Below are positions 58,465 through 64,000 of a stretch of DNA of 64,000 nt, piece after piece. Made by a program: the position numbers and the translations under genes. Under the pieces are notes generated by a model that was not told the origin of the DNA, did not search any database, and saw nothing but the letters and a program-made list of their open reading frames with translations. The stretch spans positions 320,001-384,000 of the forward strand of contig JAFATB010000014.1 in the NCBI GenBank assembly GCA_019244185.1, given 5' to 3'. This DNA comes from Acidobacteriota bacterium (lineage in GTDB: Bacteria; Acidobacteriota; Thermoanaerobaculia; Gp7-AA8). Every line of letters begins with the position of its first letter. The stretch's first letter is position 1.

Positions 58465-59462
58465 TGATGGATGCTCTTCACGAGCCGGTCACGCAGCCGC
58501 GCACGCGCGCGCTCGACCTCTCCGTGCTCATCGTGACGTGGAACAGCGAGCGCTGGATCGAGCGCTGTCTCCGCGCGCTTCCGGCCGCGTGCGACGGACT
58601 CGACTACGAGGTGCTGATCGCCGACAACGCGTCGACCGATGCCACGCTCGCGCTGGTCGAGACCTCCGACGCGCAGGTATTGCGCGCGCCGAGCAACGAG
58701 GGCTTCGCGAAGGGCACGAACCGCGCGCTGCATGCCGCGCGCGGACGCTACGTCTTCCTGCTCAATCCCGACTGCGAGCTCGCGCCGCGCGCGCTCACGC
58801 AGCTCTTCGACTGGCTCGAGCGCCATCCGCACGCCGCGGGCGCGGTGCCGCTGCTGCTCGATGATGGCGGCGACTCGCAGCGCGAGTTTCAGCTGCGCCG
58901 CCTTCCGACGCTCGGCACGTTCATCGCCGAGGTGCTGCTCCTCGGCAAGGTGTTCCCGAGGAACCGCACGACGGCAAGGTATCGCTATCGCGACCTCGAT
59001 CTCACGGAGCCGCGGCGCATCGAACAGCCGGCGGCGGCGGCGCTGCTGCTGCGGCGCGACGTCGTCGACGCGGTGGGACCGTTCGACGAGCAGTTCACGC
59101 CGGCGTGGTTCGAGGACGTCGACTACTGCCGGCGCCTCGCGAACGGGCGGAAGGAAATCTGGGTCGTGCCGTCGGCGGAGGCGCGGCATTTCGGCGGCGC
59201 GAGCCTCGAGCATCTCTCATTCGTGCACTTCGCCGACATCTGGTACGCGAACATGTGGCGCTACGCGCGCAAGTGGCTGCGGCCCGCGCAGGCGGAAGCG
59301 CTGCGCTGGGCGATCATCGCCGGGATGCTGCTGCGCTGCGCGGCGGGATTGCTCGGCCTGCGCCCGGAAGGCGTCGCGCGCGCGGAGGCGTTTCGCGCGT
59401 ACGCCGGCGTCCTGAGGAGAGCCTTCGAACGATGGGACGACTCGTCTCGGTCGTCCTCGTAA
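58464..59462 (+). CDS. Glycosyltransferase family 2 (rhamnosyltransferase-like)
   Basis: SVLIVTWNS, ADNASTD, LLNPD, FEDVDYC. Confidence 0.9.
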   Translation: MMDALHEPVTQPRTRALDLSVLIVTWNSERWIERCLRALPAACDGLDYEVLIADNASTDATLALVETSDAQVLRAPSNEGFAKGTNRALHAARGRYVFLLNPDCELAPRALTQLFDWLERHPHAAGAVPLLLDDGGDSQREFQLRRLPTLGTFIAEVLLLGKVFPRNRTTARYRYRDLDLTEPRRIEQPAAAALLLRRDVVDAVGPFDEQFTPAWFEDVDYCRRLANGRKEIWVVPSAEARHFGGASLEHLSFVHFADIWYANMWRYARKWLRPAQAEALRWAIIAGMLLRCAAGLLGLRPEGVARAEAFRAYAGVLRRAFERWDDSSRSSS

Positions 59463-60361
59463 CGTGGAACAGCGCGCCGTATCTGCGCCGCTGCCTGGAA
59501 GGGCTCGCGGGGCAGACGTATCGCGAGACGGAGCTGATCGTCGTCGACAACGCGTCGAGCGATGACTCGGCCGCGATCGTCGCGGCGCATGCGACGCGCG
59601 TCATCCGCAACGATGTGAACCGCGGCTTCAGCGCGGCCGTGAATCAGGCTGTCGCAGTTGCGCGCGGCGAGTACGTGCAGCTCGTCAATCCCGACTGTTT
59701 TCTCACGCCGGACTACATCGCGATGCTCGTCGACGCGCTCGAACGCGCGCCGGGCTTCGGAAGCGCGACCGGCAAGCTCGTACGCGCGCGCGGCTTCGCC
59801 ATCGAGCCGGCGGAGGGCATCGACTCGATGGGCATGCGCATGACGCGCAGCGGACGGCATCTGGACATCGAGGAAGACGGCGCAGGCGGCGAGGTCTTCG
59901 GCGTCTCCGGCGCGGCGGCGCTTTATCGGATGTCGTTTCTCCGCGACACCGGCGGCTTCGACGAAGACTTTTTCGCGTACCGCGAGGACGCGGACCTCGC
60001 GTGGCGCGGCCGGCTTTTCGGCTGGCGCGCGCTCTGCGAGCCGCGCGCGGTCGCGTATCACGTGCGCCGAGTGACGCCGGAGACGCGGCGCGCACTGCCG
60101 CCCGAGATCAACTTTCATTCGGTGAAGAATCGTTTTCTGCTGCGACTCAAAAACGAAGGCGCGTACCTCGCGCTGCGCAACGCGCCCTTCGAGCTCGCGC
60201 GCGATCTCGTCGTCCTCGGCGCGGCGCTGACGATCGAGCGCACATCGCTGCCGGCGTTCGCGTGGCTCTGGCGCAATCGCAAACGCATCGCTGGGAAACG
60301 CCGCGCGATTCAGTCGCGGCGTGTCGTCACCGATCGCGAGCTGGCGAGGTGGTTCCGATGA
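59432..60361 (+). CDS. Glycosyltransferase family 2
   Basis: SVVLVTWNS, VDNASSD, VNPD, FDEDFFAYREDADL. Confidence 0.9.
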   Translation: MGRLVSVVLVTWNSAPYLRRCLEGLAGQTYRETELIVVDNASSDDSAAIVAAHATRVIRNDVNRGFSAAVNQAVAVARGEYVQLVNPDCFLTPDYIAMLVDALERAPGFGSATGKLVRARGFAIEPAEGIDSMGMRMTRSGRHLDIEEDGAGGEVFGVSGAAALYRMSFLRDTGGFDEDFFAYREDADLAWRGRLFGWRALCEPRAVAYHVRRVTPETRRALPPEINFHSVKNRFLLRLKNEGAYLALRNAPFELARDLVVLGAALTIERTSLPAFAWLWRNRKRIAGKRRAIQSRRVVTDRELARWFR

Positions 60362-61434
60362 GGCTCGCGATTCTCGGCACGCGCGGCGTGCCGCCGAACT
60401 ACGGCGGCTTCGAGACGTTCGCCGCGGAGCTGTCGACGCGGCTCGTCGCGCGCGGACACGAGGTGTTCGTTTACTGCCGCGAGCGCGGCGAACCAACATG
60501 GAACGGCGTGCATCGCATCGAGCTGCCGGCGATCGGCCACAAGTACCTCGAGACGGTTTCGCACGCGTGGCTCTCCGCGGTCGATGCGCTGCGCAGAAAC
60601 TTCGACGCGGTGCTGGTCTGCAACGCCGCGAACGCGTTCGTGCTGCCGCTGCTGCGCGCCGCGCGCATCCCGGCCGCGATCAACGTGGACGGCATCGAGC
60701 GCCGCCGCCGCAAGTGGAACCTCCTCGGGCGCGCGGTGTACGCGATCGGCGAGGCGTTCTCCGTCAGCTTCGCGAACGCCGTCATCGCGGACGCGGAGGT
60801 CATCGCGAGCTACTACCGCGAACAGTACGGCGCCGCGCCGATCGTGATTCCGTACGGCTCGGAGTTCCCGCGCGAGGAAGACTCCGACGTGCTGGCGCGG
60901 CTCGGGCTGCGTCCGCGCGAGTACGTGCTGTACGTCAGCCGCTTCGAGCCGGAGAACAATCCGCTCGAGGTGGTGCAGGCGTTTGCGCGTCTCAAGGGCG
61001 CGCCGCCGCTGGTGATGGTCGGCAAGGCGCTCTACGCACCCGCGCTTGCCGCCGAGCTTGCGCGCCATGCAAACGAGCGCGTTCGTTTCCCCGGCGCACT
61101 CTACGGTGCCGACTACCGGACGCTGCAGCGGAACGCGCTGCTGTACATCCAGGCCACGGAAGTCGGCGGCACGCATCCGGCGCTCATCGAGGCGATGGCC
61201 TCGGGCGGCGCCGTGCTCGCGCACGATACGCCGGAGAACCGGGAAGTCGGCGGCGATGCCGTCGGTTACTTCCGGCTCCGGCCCGTCGAGACGCTCTCCG
61301 GCACACTTCAGGAATGGCTCTCGAACCCGACGCACCGCGAGCGGTTCCGCTCGCTGGCGCGCGCGCGGGCAGCGGAGCGATACTCCTGGGAACGCGTCAC
61401 GGACGCCTACGAACGGCTCTTCGAGAGCCTCTAG
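60358..61434 (+). CDS. Glycosyltransferase family 4 (DUF1972-type N-terminus)
   Basis: ILGTRGVPPNYGGFET, RFEPENN, EVGGTHPALIEAM. Confidence 0.9.
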   Translation: MRLAILGTRGVPPNYGGFETFAAELSTRLVARGHEVFVYCRERGEPTWNGVHRIELPAIGHKYLETVSHAWLSAVDALRRNFDAVLVCNAANAFVLPLLRAARIPAAINVDGIERRRRKWNLLGRAVYAIGEAFSVSFANAVIADAEVIASYYREQYGAAPIVIPYGSEFPREEDSDVLARLGLRPREYVLYVSRFEPENNPLEVVQAFARLKGAPPLVMVGKALYAPALAAELARHANERVRFPGALYGADYRTLQRNALLYIQATEVGGTHPALIEAMASGGAVLAHDTPENREVGGDAVGYFRLRPVETLSGTLQEWLSNPTHRERFRSLARARAAERYSWERVTDAYERLFESL

Positions 61435-61472
61435 ACGTTCCGCTGCCGCGTTGCGTATAGAGAAACGACGGC

Positions 61473-62918
61473 ATGCTGAAGCAGAAAGCGCGGATGGTGG
61501 CGAGGATCGTTTACGCGAGCGATCTCGCGCTGACGACGGTCGCCTTCTTCACCGCGTTTTTCCTGCGCGACCTCCTGCTTCCGCGCCTCGCTCCCGGCCA
61601 GTTCCCCACCGGCCTCTTTCCGCTCACCGACTACCTCAAGATCTACCCATTGGTGCTGATCATCTGGTCGGTGCTGCTGTTCACCTACGACAGCTATCAC
61701 TCGCATCGCACCGTGCCGCTGACGCGCGAGGCGCTGACGACGGTGCGCGTCGTCATCTCGGGCAACGTCATCCTGGCCACGCTCGCGTACCTCCTGCCGC
61801 TGCGGCAGCTCTCGCGCTCGTGGTTCGTGCTCTTCGGCGTGCTGGCGGCGACGCTGCTCGTGGCCGAGAAGATCGGCGTGCGCGCGCTGGCGCGGTGGGT
61901 CCGCTCGAAGGGTCTCAACTATCGAACGGTGCTCATCGTCGGCACCGGCCGCCGCGCCACCGACATCGCGCGCATGATCGTCGGCCACAAGTACTGGGGC
62001 TACAAGATCCTCGGATTCGTCTCCGACGGCCACCATCTGTCGAACGGCTGGACGCGCTACCGCATCTTCGGCAGCGTCCCCGATCTGCGCCGCATCCTCG
62101 AAACGAGCGAGATCCCCGAGCCGATCGACGAAGTCGTCTTCGCCGTCACGCGCAAGAAGCTCGACGAGATGAAGCAGATCTTCCTGCTCTGCGAGGAGCT
62201 CGGCATCCGCACGCGCGTGGCGATGAACATCTTCCACAACCGCGTCGCGCGCGTGGAGCTCGAAGAGCTGGAAGGCGTTCCGTTCCTCACGTTCACGACC
62301 ACGCCGTCGAACGAGACGCAGCTCGCCGCGAAGCGCGCGCTCGACATCGCCATCTCGCTGATGCTGCTCGTGCTCACCGGTCCGGTGATCGCGATCGCTG
62401 CTCTCGCGATCCGGCTCTCGTCGCCCGGCTCGATCGTCTTCCGGCAGAAGCGCATCGGTCTCAACGGTCGCAGCTTCACGCTCTACAAGTTCCGCACGAT
62501 GATCGAGGACGCGCACGCGCGCCGCGAAGAAGTCGCGCACCTCAACGCGATGAACGGCCCGGTCTTCAAGGCGAAGGACGACCCGCGCGTGACGCCGGTC
62601 GGGCGTTGGTTACGAAGGTTCTCGCTCGACGAGCTGCCGCAGCTCTGGAACGTGCTCAAAGGCGACATGAGCCTCGTCGGCCCGCGCCCGCCCATCCCCG
62701 AGGAAGTGGCGTCGTATCACCGCTGGCACCGCCGGCGGCTGTCGATGAAGCCGGGACTCACGTGCCTCTGGCAGATCAGCGGCCGCAACGAGATCGCCGA
62801 CTTCGATCGCTGGATGCAGCTCGACCTGCAGTACATCGACAACTGGTCGCCGTCGCTCGATCTCAAGATCCTGCTGCGGACCATTCCCGCGGTGCTCTCC
62901 GGAAAAGGCGCGTCATAA
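61473..62918 (+). CDS. Polyprenyl glycosylphosphotransferase (WcaJ/WbaP-type initiating sugar transferase)
   Basis: KRALDI, KFRTM, DDPRVT, SLDELPQLWNVLKGDMSLVGPRP, KPGLTCLWQ. Confidence 0.95.
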   Translation: MLKQKARMVARIVYASDLALTTVAFFTAFFLRDLLLPRLAPGQFPTGLFPLTDYLKIYPLVLIIWSVLLFTYDSYHSHRTVPLTREALTTVRVVISGNVILATLAYLLPLRQLSRSWFVLFGVLAATLLVAEKIGVRALARWVRSKGLNYRTVLIVGTGRRATDIARMIVGHKYWGYKILGFVSDGHHLSNGWTRYRIFGSVPDLRRILETSEIPEPIDEVVFAVTRKKLDEMKQIFLLCEELGIRTRVAMNIFHNRVARVELEELEGVPFLTFTTTPSNETQLAAKRALDIAISLMLLVLTGPVIAIAALAIRLSSPGSIVFRQKRIGLNGRSFTLYKFRTMIEDAHARREEVAHLNAMNGPVFKAKDDPRVTPVGRWLRRFSLDELPQLWNVLKGDMSLVGPRPPIPEEVASYHRWHRRRLSMKPGLTCLWQISGRNEIADFDRWMQLDLQYIDNWSPSLDLKILLRTIPAVLSGKGAS

Positions 62919-62927
62919 TCGCGCCTC

Positions 62928-64000
62928 ATGAAGCTCGATCCAACCTCTGACGAGTTCCGCGCCGCCGCTCACCGCGCGGTCGACTGGATCGCCGACTACC
63001 TCGATCACATCCGCGACTACGACGTGCTCTCGCGCGTGCAGCCGGGTGACATTGAGAAGCAGTTCGCGGCGCAAGCGTCCGAGGATGGCAAGCCGTACGA
63101 CGAGCTGCTGCGCGACTTCGAGACGAAGATCGTTCCCGGCATCACCCACTGGAACCATCCCGCGTTCTTCGCCTACTTCAGCAACACCGGCTCGCAAGCC
63201 GGCATCCTCGGCGAGCTGCTCTGCGCCGCGCTCAACGGCAACGGCATGCTCTGGAAGACATCGCCGTCGCTGACCGAGCTCGAGACGCTGTCCTTGCGCT
63301 GGCTGCGCGACGCGCTCGGCCTGCCGAACGATCTCTTCGGGATCATCAACGATACCGCGTCGATCAACGTGTTTTTCGCGCTCGCGGCGGCCCGCGAAGC
63401 GTTGGGTCTCGACATCCGCGGCAAAGGGATGACCGGCCGCGATCTGCCGCCGCTGCGCGTGTACTGCTCGGAGCACGCGCATTCGTCCGTCGACAAAGCC
63501 GCGCTCGCGCTCGGCTTCGGGCAGACCGCGATCGTGCACATCGCCAGCGGTGACGACTTCCGCATGCGTCCCGAAATGCTCGCGGAAGCGATCGCGCGCG
63601 ACCGTGCGGCGGGCGCGCTGCCGTGCGCGGTCGTGGCGACGCTCGGCACGACGTCGACGGTCGCCATCGATCCGCTGCCGGAGATCGCCGCCATCGCGAA
63701 GCGCGAGCATTGCTGGCTGCACGTCGACGCCGCGTACGCCGGCTCCGCCGCGATCGTGCCGGAGTTTCAGTGGCTGTGGCGCGGCATCGAGCACGCCGAC
63801 TCGATCGTCGTGAATCCGCACAAGTGGCTCTTCACGCCGATGGACTGCAGCGTCCTCTACACGAAGCGCCCGGACGTGCTGCGGCAGACGTTCTCGCTCG
63901 TGCCGGAGTATCTGAAGACAACCGACACCGCCGAGATCAACTACATGGACTACGGCCTGCAGCTCGGCCGCCGCTTCCGGGCGTTGAAACTCTGGCTCGT
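62928..64000 (+). CDS. PLP-dependent group II (aromatic L-amino acid) decarboxylase, 3' end runs off window
   Basis: Manual translation MKLDPTSDEFRAAAHRAVDWIADY...HWNHPAFFAYF...HSSVDKA...WLHVDAAYAG...NPHKW. Confidence 0.92.
   Translation, partial: MKLDPTSDEFRAAAHRAVDWIADYLDHIRDYDVLSRVQPGDIEKQFAAQASEDGKPYDELLRDFETKIVPGITHWNHPAFFAYFSNTGSQAGILGELLCAALNGNGMLWKTSPSLTELETLSLRWLRDALGLPNDLFGIINDTASINVFFALAAAREALGLDIRGKGMTGRDLPPLRVYCSEHAHSSVDKAALALGFGQTAIVHIASGDDFRMRPEMLAEAIARDRAAGALPCAVVATLGTTSTVAIDPLPEIAAIAKREHCWLHVDAAYAGSAAIVPEFQWLWRGIEHADSIVVNPHKWLFTPMDCSVLYTKRPDVLRQTFSLVPEYLKTTDTAEINYMDYGLQLGRRFRALKLWL

Overview
This is a high-GC bacterial chromosomal segment. Two Acidobacteria-type VWA proteins and the overall gene content suggest an Acidobacteriota genome (inference). 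Positions 1-27.3 kb hold a Wzy-type surface polysaccharide region: wzc (partial), wza, an outer-membrane barrel, O-antigen ligase/polymerase-like proteins, about ten GT2/GT4 glycosyltransferases, a NodU/CmcH carbamoyltransferase and wecA. It is interrupted by an orphan gene with an upstream 64-bp degenerate tandem array, a HipA-like kinase/DUF3037/yaeQ unit, and a broken PI-PLC gene. Positions 27.3-53.7 kb are mostly housekeeping: ETF-QO, a hybrid kinase, a moxR-DUF58-transglutaminase operon with two inserted tandem paralogs, pdxJ, an L,D-transpeptidase with an internal TAG, ABC-F, cinA, truA-uppS-cdsA-dxr-rseP and dapF. Positions 53.7-64 kb are a second glycosylation operon followed by a PLP decarboxylase (partial). 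Main items to follow up: the 64-bp array plus orphan gene (5608-6497), an ops/JUMPstart-like element upstream of wza-wzc, a truA that apparently starts at CTG, long palindromic REPIN/MITE-like elements that supply gene ends, and a window-wide leaderless-promoter signature. All calls come from motifs read by eye; no database searches were run.
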